Source of the DNA: Anthoceros angustus
Taxonomy: Eukaryota > Plantae > Anthocerotophyta
Assembly (NCBI GenBank): GCA_010909165.1
Contig: MU008155.1
Span: forward strand, 1,178,001-1,242,000
Reading direction: 5' to 3'
DNA: 64,000 nucleotides
The notes under the pieces were generated by a model. That model did not search any database. It saw only the letters and a program-made list of their open reading frames with translations, and was not told where the DNA came from. The position numbers and the translations under genes are program-made. Of this stretch, positions 49,953 to 62,204 are shown piece after piece. Every line of letters starts with the position of its first letter. Within the stretch, counting starts at the first letter, position 1.

Positions 49953-52070
49953 ATGGCCTCCACGATGCAGGCTTCGATTCTGACGGGCTGCCTCTCGGCG
50001 AACGCGGCATCTGCAGCCGCGCGGGTGGGGCTGTCCAAGCCCCGATCAGCGGGGGCGGTGGGCCTGGGAAGTGGCAAGTGCAGCGGCAGCCCGCTCGTGG
50101 TGAAGGCCGCGGCGGATTCGGAAGATGGGCGAGGAGGATGGAAGAGTGCCGGGAGGAGGGAGCTCCTGGCGGGGACCTTGGCCGCGGGCAGCATTCTGCT
50201 GCCGGGGTCGGCGCTCGGGGGGCCCGAGGCCGGGCCCTTCCCGGCGCCCGACCTCACAAAGTGTACCACGGCGTACATGACCCGGGACACCAGCTTCCCC
50301 ACCGAGTGCTGCCCACCGGGGTACACGGCCCCCCTCGCCATCATCGACTTCAAGCCCGACACCAAAATCCCCATCCTGCCCCGCCCCAAGTTGCACGAGC
50401 TGGACGACGCCTACATCGCCAAGCTGAATCTGGCGTACAAGCGCATGCGGGAGCTCCCAGACGAGGACCCCAGGAGCCTGTTCCAGCAGGGTAAGGTGCA
50501 CTGCTCCTACTGCAACGGCGCCTTCCCCTTGCCCGCTGGGAAGCCCGGGACCACCGAGCAGATCCACTTCGGCTGGTACTTCTTCCCCTTCCACCGCGCC
50601 GAGCTCTACTTCCATGAACGGATCCTCGCCAGCTTGATCGAAGACCCGTCTTTCAAGCTCCCGTTCTGGAATTGGGATAACCAGAGCATTGCCGCCAACG
50701 CCAACACGATCCCGGCCATCTTCCAGGATCCATCCTCCGCGCTCTACGACCCCAAGCGGAATGCCAATCACTTGAGCACCGGCATCGCCCCCATCGTCAA
50801 CCTCAGCTACAATGGCCAGAACGAGTACACGAACGAGGACGATGTGCGCGCGAACAACCTGTCTGTCATGCACAACACCGTCGCCACCACCCTGACCGCC
50901 GTAGGTTTCCTGGGTGGCAAATTCTACGCGGATGGCACCAATGCCGACAACACCACTGACCTCCAGGCTGGGTCTGTGGAGAACGGCCCGCACACCGCAG
51001 TGCATAAGTGGGGAGGAGATCCCGTGGGATATCCGAAAACCAATGAGGTGAGCACGCATTTTCGCTCTGCTGCAGCATTCGCTGGCATTGTTGTTTGTGG
51101 GTTGGAGAACACTAGAGCAGAGCAATGTGTGTGACACGGTGCGCAGGATCTTGGCAACTTCGCGACCGCCGGATTCGACCCGCTCTTCTACCATCTCCAC
51201 GGGAACGTGGACAGGCTATGGGCGGTGTGGGAGAACCTGCCGTCCGACCAGACCGCCACGGGCAGGCCTGTGCGCAAGGTGAAGCTCCCCGACGGCAGGA
51301 CTCGTGGTGACGACTACAGGACCAACTTCACGGACTCCCAGTGGCTGGACGCCGCCTTCCTCTTCTATAACGAGAAGAAGGAGCTGGTGAAGATCACGGT
51401 GCGGGATGTGCTGGACACCAAGAACAGCCTCCGGTACGACTACCCCTTCGTGCGGGAGGACCAGGCCTGGCTCAGCTACGGGTCGGTGCTGAGCGCCGCC
51501 GACAAGCTCGGAGACTCGGACGCGGGAACGGCATTGATCCAAGACTACGTCAGGGACCCCAAGGGCACAGTGGAGAAGCTGCGCAGGACCCCGAAGCCGC
51601 AGGGAAATGCTGAAGATTTCGCGGAGTTCGGTTCCAGAGCATCGCGCGGGGGGAAGGATACCGACACCGGGGACAGGCCCTTCACTGTCAGGGTGCGCCC
51701 GGAGCCTATTCCGGCGGAGCTCAAGGAGTTGGATTTCCAAGACCTGGAGAAAACTCTGACGCTGGAGGGAGTGTTGGTGCCTACCGAAGGCACACTGGCT
51801 TTCTCCGTTTTCATCAACTTGCCAAGCGCAGACCTCACCACGCCCAAATCCATCCCCCAGTTCGTGGGCACTTACAACAGCATTCCGGAGGGCAAGCTCG
51901 GCGGTGACGTCGGCCGTTACCGCCGAGTGAATGTGCGCTTCGAAATCTCTGCCAACTTCGAGCTCCTGGGCATCAACAAGCCGTCCAGGCTCCTGGTCAC
52001 CATCGTGCCCGAGGGGAATGACACTGAAAAGGGTGTGAAACTCAAGGGCGCAGTTCTCACTCTCGCTTAG
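49953..52070 (+). CDS. PPO: Polyphenol oxidase 1 (thylakoid lumen-targeted); exons 49953-51047 and 51147-52070
   Basis: Transit peptide plus twin-Arg RRELLAG; CuA HCSYC and HFGWYFFPFHR; LPFWNWD; CuB ENGPHTAVH...DLGNF...DPLFYHLHGNVDRLW; DWL-type WLDAAFLFYNE; intact frame. Confidence 0.95.
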
Positions 52071-52330
52071 TTTTTCCCTCTTGCATACGTCTATCGTAAG
52101 TGCTTTCTAGCGAGCTGTGAGCAACAGTCCAGGTAGCCTGTCAGTTGTTGTTGTGTCCCTGGAAAGACATGGCTTGTCCTGCCCAGAAGGGCGCCGTTCT
52201 CACTCTCACTTAGTTTTTCTCTATTACATACGTCTATCATAAGTGGTTTCTAGTGCGCTGTGAGCAAAAGTCCAGGTAGCCTGTCAATTGTTGTTGTGCC
52301 CCTGGAAAGACATGGCTTGTCCTGCCCAAA
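52040..52330 (+). repeat. ~143-bp duplication of the PPO1 stop/3'UTR
   Basis: aagggcgc.gttctcactctc.cttagttttt...gacatggcttgtcctgccca occurs twice. Confidence 0.85.
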
Positions 52331-53300
52331 CACAGCTTGAATTAGAATTCATCTTCATGTACGTTCCTATCCGGCACTGCATTATATACTATACGAAAGG
52401 AAAACGTCTGCCCCACCATCCAGACAATGTCAGAAGGTTTGAGGATGTGCACCACGTGTTCAGCTGTTCAGGATACACATCTCCTAGCCCTCGGCACAAC
52501 CCAAGCAGACCCCTGACATCTGACATGTTCAGCATTTTGGACGTCCAAGTCCAACTCCTTCTGTCTCGCAGACCCTCTTCTACTAGAGTAAGAAGCGATA
52601 ACAGTAATACATTATCTGCTTGCCAGTCGAGCAAGGTAGGACATCAACAGGGGATCACGTCGTGGAATATGTAGAAATATCTACAAAAAACTGATGGTGT
52701 TGAGTATGCACCTGCAGGTGTCCTCCGACATGGTGGTGTGCAGAATCCTACTTTTAGCGGAGAGCATGGGCACTCAAGGCGGGAAGGTGGGAGCCAGCTG
52801 CACAAATCAGCTGTGGGCCCTCATCGGTGCACCGACTCGGAAAGCACAGAAATATCATTCGATAATGGCAGGATACATGTTTCTGCTGAAGGCCCGAAGC
52901 GTGGGAGGGTCGGACGAGAGAGGCCTCCCGGAGAGATAGCGTGGAATCTCGTTTCTCCCGAGGGGGAGCCAACGGAAAGCAGGGCACGTAGACCTGCTTC
53001 AAACTACGTACGTACGGACAAGGCACGAGGTGCAGACTGTAGCCTACAGACTGTACAGTACGTTATTTAAATTATTGTCACCTCCTTCCCGCCTCCCGCA
53101 ACGTGCCATGTCGCCAACGCTTATCGAGAATACAGGATAGAGGATCGAGGATCGAGGACATGGATGCTGTACGCGCCACACCAGGTCATTCATTGGCCGG
53201 AGTCCGAGAGCTTCAAATAAGCGGCAACCTCCTTCAGTGTTGTGTGAATCTTTCCGCGTCGTTCCTGACGAGCGGAAGCTACAGTCGACAGCTTCGAGAC

Positions 53301-55438
53301 ATGGAGGCCAGCAGCGCCTTGGCGAGCTGCCTGTCGGCCAACGCGGCCGCGGCGTCTGCGAGTGTGAGAGGCGGCTCGTTCCGGGTGCGCCCAGGGGCGT
53401 CCGGAGGCCGGGGAAGCGGCAGGTGCAACCACGCGGTGGTGGTGCGGGCGGAGAAGAATGCCGACACCGGCAGCAGCAAGAGCCGGAGGGAGCTCCTGGC
53501 GGGGACCCTGGCCGGGACCATCCTGCTTCCGGGCGGGGCGGCCCTGGGAGGTGTGGAGTCGGGCCCGCTCCCGCCCCCCGATCTCTCCAAGTGCACCACG
53601 GCGTACATGACCGCGGACAAGACCTACCCGACGGAGTGCTGCCCGCCTGGATACACGGCCCCCCCAGACATCATCGACTTCAGGCCCGACCCCAAGATCC
53701 CCTTCCGCATCCGGCCCCCGCTCCACACCATCGACGAGGCATATGTGAAGAAGTTCAACCTGGCGTACGAGAGGATGCGCGCGCTGCCGGAGGACGATCC
53801 CCGGAGCTGGTACCAGCAGGCCAAGGTGCACTGCTCCTACTGCAACGGCGCCTTCCCTCTGGCCAAGGGCCAGCCGGGCGCCGTGGAGCAGATCCACTTC
53901 ACCTGGTTCTTCTACCCCTTCCACCGCGCCGAGCTCTACTTCCACGAGCGGATTCTGGCGAGCCTTATCGACGACCCCACCTTCGCGCTGCCCTTCTGGA
54001 ACTGGGACAACCAGAGCCTCACCGCGGGTGCTAACCGTGTGCCGGCCTACTTCAACGACCCCGCCTTCGCCGGCCTCTACGACAAGAACCGCAATGCCCT
54101 CCACATGCCGGGAGGAAAGTACCCGATCGTCGATCTCGGGTATTTCGGCAAGGGTGAGTACACATCCGAGGATCAGGTGCGGGCCAACAATCTCGCCGTC
54201 ATGTACAATGCCGTGACCACCACGCTCACGGCTCGGGATTTCCTGGGGGGCAAGTCCTTCGCGGACGGCACCAACGGCGACGGCACCACAGTTGGGCAGG
54301 CCGGGAGCGTGGAGGGCGCGCCTCACACCAGCGTGCACATCTGGGGCGGGGACAAGGCCAACTCTCCTGTTATCAATGCGGTAAGCAAGATGAGGATTTT
54401 TTGATGAAAACCATGGTAATGCGCAGTGGGCTCGGGATTCTGAGAATGGTTCCGTTGTTGCGTGGTGTTGGGCTGATGGCTTTGTTGTGGGTTTTGTTGC
54501 GTTTGGCAGGATTTGGGGAACTTTGCAACCGCGGCATTCGACCCTCTCTTCTTCCAGCTGCACGGGAACGTGGACCGGCTGTGGAAGGTTTGGGAGGGGC
54601 TGCCGTCCGACCAGACGTCCACTGGGAGGCCTGTGCGGAAGGTGAAGCTAGCGGACGGCAGGATCCGTGGAGACGACTACAGGCAGAACTACCCAGACAA
54701 GGAGTTTTTGGACGCCGCATTCCTCTTCTACAACGAGAAGAAGCAGTTGGTGCGGATCAAGGTGAGTGACACTCTGGACCAGAGGGGCAGCTTGCGCTAC
54801 GACTACCCCGACCTCAAGTCCGATCTTGCCTGGCTCAACTACGGCACGGTGCTGAGCGCGGCCAGTGGGCTGGGTGATGCCACGGCCAGCGCCGCCCTGC
54901 TGCAGGAGTATGCCAAGGACCCGAAGAGCGTCATTGACCAGCTGCGGAAGACGGTCAAGCCTGCTGCTGCTGGGTTTCAGGCGGATGATTTCCCGGAGTT
55001 CGGGTCCCGGAAGGCCCGGGGCAACAAGGAGCAGGATCTTGGGGACAAGCCCGTCACGCTAAGGGTGATACCGGAGCCCCTTACACCTGAGTTGAGGGGC
55101 CTGGATTTCGAGGACCTAGAGAAGACTCTAGTGCTGCAAGGTGTGTTGGTGCCCAAAGAGGGTAACCTTGCCTTCTCTGTCTTCATCAACTTCCCTAGCG
55201 CAGATGACAAGACTTCAAGGCTATCCCCAGTACGTCGGCTCCTACTCAAGCATTCCCGAGGGCAAGCAAGGCGGTGATGTGGGCAAGTATCGCAGAGTGG
55301 ATGTGCGCTTTTCCGTCACTGCCAACATCGAGCTGCTGGGTATTAAGAAGCTGTCCAAGCTGTTGGTCACCATTGTGCCTCAAGGTGATGATACTGAGAG
55401 GGTGTGAAGCTCAAGGAGCTCTACTCGACTTGGATTAG
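53301..55438 (+). CDS. PPO: Polyphenol oxidase 2; exons 53301-54380 and 54510-55438 (three 1-nt deletions near the 3' end)
   Basis: Same PPO motifs. Indels at ~55215, ~55402 and ~55415 lie in homopolymers relative to PPO3 and are probably assembly errors. Confidence 0.88.
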
Positions 55439-57260
55439 GCACTGGTGCCGAGATTACGGTGTCATTTGGTCCCTCACCTGGGTGTTCCCTTGACACCTGC
55501 ACACGGCTACCTGGCACAATCCAGTACGAGCAGAAATTGATCAAGATGGTTGTACTCTTGTCAATTTTGCTTCCAATGCAAAGAGACGTGCCCATTTTGC
55601 TCTGTCACATTTACGCCTCATCAGATCTGTCGTGCATCTCACTTGTTACTACTTTGGCAGTCATTTTGCAACCCCCGTACGAGTATATGTTCATCACCTG
55701 ACACTCCTGATGACAAGAGAGTCTGGGTGGGAAGATATCCACTCCGATAGGATAAGGAGCTGCTCAACTCCTGACACCTGCACACTGCTACCTGGCACAA
55801 TCTAGTACTAGCAGAAATTGATCAAGATGGGTCTCTTTCTTGTCAACTTTGCTTCCCATGCACAGACGTGCCCATTTTGCTCTGTCACATTCACGCCTCA
55901 TCAGAGCAGTCGTGCATCTCACTTGTTACTACTTTGGCAGTCACTTTGCATCCCCGTACGAGTCGCATGTTCATCACCTGACACTCCTGATGACAAGAGA
56001 GAGTCTGGGTGGGAAAATATCCACTCCGATGGGAGAAGGAGCTGCTCACCTCCTGAGTTGCTTTCTCACCAACGAGAAAACAATTCATTCTGCATTAAAT
56101 CCTTGTACATATCAGGCCGGACGCTGTGCTGTGAGCAGCTAGTATGTCTGCTCACAGCTACACACAGCTGCGAGGAAGTGGAGCCAGGTTGACACACACC
56201 TTCTCTCAACATCGTTCCAATTAGTCTAACGGTGTGCTGTGAGCAGCTAGTATGACTGCGCATAGCAACATATAGCTGCCAGGACGTGGAGCGAGGTTGA
56301 CACACATGCTTTCAACATCGTTCAAATTAGTCTAACGTGAGAATTTCCATTCCGAGCCTTGAATGACCTATGACCACGAATTTCAGAGTGCTGCTTGTTG
56401 TTGGAGAAATGTCAATTTCAAAGCAAGAGCGAGTGGCCGAGGGTGGTGAGAGCAACCTCTTCAACTAGCAAAACTACTAACAAGGCTTTTCGTGATGTAA
56501 AGAATACAAACTTTCATGCCTCAACAGTTGTGGCAAAACTTGTCACAATATCCTTCCTAGTTGTGGACGCATGGACAAGAGGAAAATCCAAGCCATCAAC
56601 ACAGGCTTATGGTGATTGAAAATCAACACAAACGCGAGGTAAAGATACAATCAAAATGCAAAATGCACATATCCGATCTAAAAAAACCCAGTCTCCAAAC
56701 CCTTGTATAGGGTGGAGAGCCTATAGGTGTAGTAATATAGCACTTATATGATATTGTATTTTATTGAGGAAAAACAATGGGAAAAATCCATTTAGCACAG
56801 CACGCGACAATGAAGGTGGACCTCGAGGGTCAGGTGAAAAGAGTGACTAAGCTTCTTACCTAAAGTTACCTACTCCTCCTAGAATATCATATGCAGGAAG
56901 AACAAATGGTCTATAAATGACGGAGGAAGAGGAAGAAGCATCACTTGCTGTCGCCCCCTTGTGAAGGATTGCCATCAACAGGGCCCTTCGAAAGGCAATG
57001 GAGACTCGCTGTCTGAAGTTAGCTGTGAAATAAGAAAGGGACAACCCTGCGCCATGCCTGGGGGCGTCGTAGGATTTGGCGCAGGACTTGAGAAATTGAT
57101 CGAAGTTCGTAGCCATTGCCCATGCACTTGCATGCATACCAACACATTATATATGGCAGTATAGTAATCACTATGCCCTCCCAGAAAAAAAAAGCAGAAA
57201 CAGAAAAACCAAAAATAAAACTAGAAATAAAAAAAAAACCCTCACAAAAATCCCAAAAGA
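54510..57260 (+). repeat. Segmental duplication, copy A (near-identical to 61272-64000)
   Basis: PPO exon 2 plus ~1.8 kb downstream, including an internal ~282-bp duplication (55491/55773) and a ~108-bp duplication (56125/56234). Confidence 0.92.
56856..57120 (-). mobile_element. Non-LTR retrotransposon C-terminal fragment (also at ~63620-63870)
   Basis: LSYFTANFRQRVSIAFRRALLMAI resembles the F.QR.S.A..R terminal helix of RLE-type LINE ORFs. Confidence 0.4.
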
Positions 57261-57654
57261 GATTGGAACCTTCAGCTACAACCTGCAAGTACCTTCAGCC
57301 AAAACCTCTCACAAAAAGCCAAAAGAGACTCGAACCAAGTACAAATTCAAACTCCAAAGTCATTGTCTTGACCAAAAACTCTCACAAAAAGCTTTTATGT
57401 TCAACAAACACCTCACACACAAAACATCTCCGAAAAGAAAGAAATCTACATATAAACACTTTTGTTGCACATATATTCTCTTCTAAAAACCTAAAACCTA
57501 AAATACATGATTTTAAAATCGTTATTTGGACGTATCTTAGAAACCTTGCTATGATACCATGATAGAATATGTCGAAAGATAAGAAGAGCTTTATAGAAGT
57601 AGCAATCCTATTGCAAGATGGATGATCCTAGCAATGGATATGCACGATAGGAAT

Positions 57655-57826
57655 CTGATGGATATGCGATAAGAGATGGCGTCTGGATATGCGCGATAAG
57701 AGATGGCGTCTGATGGATATCGCGATAAGAGATGGATCTGATGGATATGCGCGATAAGAGATGGATCTGGATATGCGCGATAAGAGATGGCGATACAGTG
57801 GATATGCGCGATAAGAGATGGCGATA
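57655..57826. repeat. Minisatellite ~27-32 bp x6 (tggatatgcgcgataagagatgg)
   Basis: Directly visible tandem copies. Confidence 0.9.
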
Positions 57827-57997
57827 CTCTCTTCTCTGTATACGAGTTTGTTATCTAACTTGTCAAGAGATGCTGATCATCATCATCATTATGTCTTCCA
57901 TGCAGCGTTGTTGGGGGTGGCACGACAGCAGGGCCCGGGAGGTCTCGCGCCACTAGGACCCGGGAGGTCATGACGGCAGGGCCCAAGAGTGAGCCAA

Positions 57998-58455
57998 CTT
58001 CCAGGTTTAGAGTTTCACAAGTTTAGGTTTTTGTAGCGGCTGGTCTTCCAGGTTTAGGGTTTCATAGGTTTAGGATTTTGTGGCCGGTGGTTCGCTGGTT
58101 CGCTGGACGATTGCCCGAAGGAGTCAAGGTCGAGGGGGCAGCACTACGCTCCGTATGGCGAGCCCTAATAGGCTAGGCAAAGGCCCCCGCCTAGAGGGGC
58201 CGCAACCCACCAAAACACCTGACAACCCACCGCACAGACCCCCGCTCCTGAAATCTTGAATAGAAACCTTAAAACCCTATGGCTGGCCAAAACATGACAG
58301 CCCCGCCAAAGCTTGCTTAAACCAAAAAGTTGGGCCCCGCCACTGCAAAACTCTACCCCCTACCTGAAAACCCTAAAGCCACCACCGCAGAACCCTAAAC
58401 CTGGAAGACCAGCCGTCGTAAAACCCTAAACCTGTAAAACCCTAAACCTTGAAGG
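57998..58455. repeat. Fold-back element: ~65-bp inverted arms built of telomere-like TTTAGGG/CCCTAAA motifs
   Basis: cttccaggtttagagtttcacaagtttagg...cggctggtcttccaggtttagggtt pairs with aaccctaaacctggaagaccagccg...aaccctaaaccttgaag. Confidence 0.7.
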
Positions 58456-59574
58456 CGGCTCACCGAGCCCTCCACTACAAAACTCCACCCCTTGCACGAA
58501 AACCCTAAAGGCGATGCCGCAGCTCTAGACATGTGAAACCCTATACTTGGGTTGTTCTCTGAATCATGCCATTCTCGTTTGTTCCTGCTCTCTCCCCTAC
58601 GGTGCAGTCCACTCTTTCAGTGGTAGTCAAGGACACCCCCTATCCAATCTGCGCTCAGCAGTGTTGTGGGGTCAAGGGGGTGAAATGTCATATCGGGCAC
58701 AAACACAAGGACTTCGACCAAACCACTTAGCAGGCCCAAGAGAAATTTAGATATTTTCAAACTCATCGCGGCTGAATCGCGTGTCATACTCCTTGGAGTT
58801 GGCATCCAGATGCAACCATCGTGGCAAGTCCAATAGGAACAGGGCAAACGGACGGGGTTCCACAAACTGAGCCATTCTCACGATGTCACCAAAAATTATT
58901 CCTATCCTGCATGATCTCCCGGAAGCATCTCTGATCGTCTTCAACTTATCGGACGGGGTCTCCAGAATTGTCATCATCCGCCATAATCTTCCACGCTTTG
59001 GCCTTCAACACATGTTCGTTGAAAACATGCGGTCTCGAGTGAGGGCTTCCTAGAACGTGAGGTTGACCGAGTAGGTCCGGGCCCTTTGGCCTTAGTGTCG
59101 AGTAGGTCCGCTAACAATGGAGTTTGACTTGTCGAGTTCTACCCAAAGTAGTTGCAAGTAGTAGAATGAAGGTGTAGTTACGAAACATTCCCTTGAGATC
59201 GAACCACTTACTACACGATACGGGACATAGTGTGCGCCGGTTGGTCCGCTAGCGGAAGTCGCCCACAAGGGAGCATCCAAACTCGAGCGGATGTATAGCC
59301 CAATTGGATAGGTGAAGGACGCTAGCACGATCGAGGCGGACCTAGCCTCCTTTTGCCGTCAGCTTCTCCTTCTCGATCCCCGGCGGGCTCTCCACCTTCC
59401 GCCTTGTAGCCTAGGCCTCCGTCGACCCTAGAGTTCGACCATGCGTCGCTTAGTGGCCTCCACCTCCTGCGTTCTTTCATAGGCCCGGCCCCCAGATCAT
59501 ACCATGTGTGACTGATGTCATGACTCGCCTGACTTCTTCCTTCTTCTACCACGGTGGCGGGCGAACTCCTTCAA

Positions 59575-59765
59575 ATCCCGCAATGCCTACCAACAAGTAC
59601 CCGCAATGCCTACCAACAAGTACCCGCAATGCCTACCAAGAAGTACTTTGCAGACACTATACGAAAAGAAGTGCCCACCAAGTACATATACGAAAAGAAG
59701 TGCCTACCAAGAAGTACTTTGCAGACACTTCGGAAAAGAAGTACTTTGCAGACACTATACGAAAC
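59575..59765. repeat. Composite minisatellite (23-bp cccgcaatgcctaccaacaagta x3; ~28-bp aagaagtactttgcagacactatacgaa variants)
   Basis: Directly visible, ~300 bp upstream of PPO3. Confidence 0.85.
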
Positions 59766-60078
59766 CAAAGCTCTGTCCTGAGCGGGTAGTGGATCCACAT
59801 ATACATTGACTTTGCGAAGCGTGCGCATTTATTTTGTCCGACGATGTGCCACTGGCCGTGTGCAGTCCCAATCCCGACCTCCTTCCAAGTTCCTGCCTCC
59901 CTCCCGCGACGTGCCATGGCGCCAGCAGATATCGAGGGCATCCATGATGGGATGGGTGCCCACAATAATTCATCTGGCCGGAGGCCGGAAGCTATAAAGA
60001 AGCAAATAGGCGTGTAGCAGAATCAGCCCATCTCGCTCGCTCCAGGCCCCCAGGACGAGCGGTCGTGAGCGTGGAGCC

Positions 60079-62204
60079 ATGGATACCAGCAGCGCCTTGG
60101 CGGGCTGCCTGTCGGCCAGCGCAGCCGCGGCGTGTGCTGCGAGTGTGAGAGGCGGCTCGTTCCGGGTGCGCCCAGCGGCGTCCGGTGGCCGGGAAGCGGC
60201 AGGTGCAACCACGCGGTGGCGGTGCGGGCGGAGAAGAATGCCGACACCGGCAGCAGCAAGAGCCGGAGGAGCTCCTTGCGGGGACTCTGGCCGGGACCAT
60301 CCTGCTCCTGAGCGGCTACGCCCTGGGAGGCGTGGAGTCAGGCCCGCTCCCGGCCCCGATCTCTCCAAGTGCACCACGGCGTACATGACCGCGGACAAGA
60401 CCTACCCCGACGGAGTGCTGCCCGCCTGGATACACGGCCCCCAGACATCATCGACTTCAGGCCCGACCCCAAGATCCCCTTCCGCATCCGGCCCCCGCTC
60501 CACACCATCGACGAGGCGTATGCGAAGAAGTTCAACCTGGCGTACGAGAGGATGCGCGCGCTGCCGGAGGACGATCCCCGGAGCTGGTACCAGCAGGCCA
60601 AGGTGCACTGCTCCTACTGCAACGGCGCCTTCCCTCTGGCCAAGGGCCAGCCGGGCGCCGTGGAGCAGATCCACTTCACCTGGTTCTTCTACCCCTTCCA
60701 CCGCGCCGAGCTCTACTTCCACGAGCGGATTCTGGCGAGCCTTATCGACGACCCCACCTTCGCGCTACCCCTTCTGGAACTGGGACAACCAGAGCCTCAC
60801 CGCGGTGCTAACCGTGTGCCGGCCTACTTCAACGACCCGCCTTCGCCGGCCTCTACGACAAGAACCGCAATGCCCTCCACATGCCGGAGGAAAGTACCCG
60901 ATCGTCGATCTCGGTATTTCGGCAAGGTGAGTACACATCCGAGGATCAGGTGCGGGCCAACAATCTCGCCGTCATGTACAATGCCGTGGCCACCACGCTC
61001 ACGGCCCGGGATTTTCTGGGGCAAGTCCTTCGCGGACGGCACCAACGGCGACGGCACCACAGTCGGGCAGGCCGGGAGCGTGGAGGGCGCGCCTCACCAG
61101 CGTGCACATCTGGGGCGGGGACAAGGCCAATTTTCCCGTCATCAATGCGGTAAGCCAGGAGCGAATTTTTGATCCGTGCTGCTGGCATTGGCATTGTTGG
61201 CGCACTGGCTCGAGGATCTCATGATGGAACTTGTTGGGTTTTGTTGGGTTCCTTTGGGTTGGGCCTGCCAGGATTTGGGCAACTTTGCAACTGCGGCATT
61301 CGACCCGCTCTTCTTCCAGCTGCACGGGAACGTGGACCGGCTGTGGAAGGTTTGGGAGGGGCTGCCGTCCGACCAGACGTCCACCGGAAAGCCCGTGCGG
61401 AAGGTGAAGCTGGCGGACGGCAGGATCCGTGGAGACGACTACAGGCAGAACTACCCAGACAAGGAGTTTTTGGACGCCGCATTCCTCTTCTACAACGAGA
61501 AGAAGCAGTTGGTGCGGATCAAGGTGAGTGACACTCTGGACCAGAGGGGCAGCTTGCGCTACGACTACCCCGACCTCAAGTCCGATCTTGCCTGGCTCAA
61601 CTACGGCACGGTGCTGAGCGCGGCCAGTGGGCTGGGTGATGCCACGGCCAGCGCCGCCCTGCTGCAGGAGTATGCCAAGGACCCGAAGAGCGTCATTGAC
61701 CAGCTGCGGAAGACGGTCAAGCCTGCTGCTGCTGGGTTTCAGGCGGATGATTTCCCGGAGTTCGGGTCCCGGAAGGCCCGGGGCAACAAGGAGCAGGATC
61801 TTGGGGACAAGCCCGTCACGCTAAGGGTGATACCGGAGCCCCTTACACCTGAGTTGAGGGGCCTGGATTTCGAGGACCTAGAGAAGACTCTAGTGCTGCA
61901 AGGTGTGTTGGTGCCCAAAGAGGGTAACCTTGCCTTCTCTGTCTTCATCAACTTCCCTAGCGCAGATGACAAGACTTCCAAGGCTATCCCCCAGTACGTC
62001 GGCTCCTACTCAAGCATTCCCGAGGGCAAGCAAGGCGGTGATGTGGGCAAGTATCGCAGAGTGGATGTGCGCTTTTCCGTCACTGCCAACATCGAGCTGC
62101 TGGGTATTAAGAAGCTGTCCAAGCTGTTGGTCACCATTGTGCCTCAAGGTGATGATACTGAGAGGGGTGTGAAGCTCAAGGGAGCTCTACTCGACTTGGA
62201 TTAG
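60079..62204 (+). CDS. PPO: Polyphenol oxidase 3; exon 1 (60079-61149) with many 1-2-nt indels, exon 2 (61272-62204) intact
   Basis: Near-identical to PPO2. Exon-1 indels lie mostly in G/C runs, so either assembly noise or a young pseudogene. Confidence 0.75.

Noticed and set aside
50046-54563. Long antisense ORFs (384 aa, 457 aa) over PPO1/PPO2
   Set aside because: Shadow frames caused by very high GC3 in the PPO coding strand.
55200-55438. PPO2 as a true pseudogene
   Set aside because: Only 1-nt losses in short homopolymers relative to an otherwise identical PPO3 exon; assembly error is more likely.
57116-57562. Lys-rich 148-aa ORF
   Set aside because: A-rich low-complexity sequence with no domain; frame not kept in the duplicate near 63880-64000.
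58000-58510. True telomere or chromosome fusion site
   Set aside because: No perfect (TTTAGGG)n run; motifs are interspersed and degenerate.
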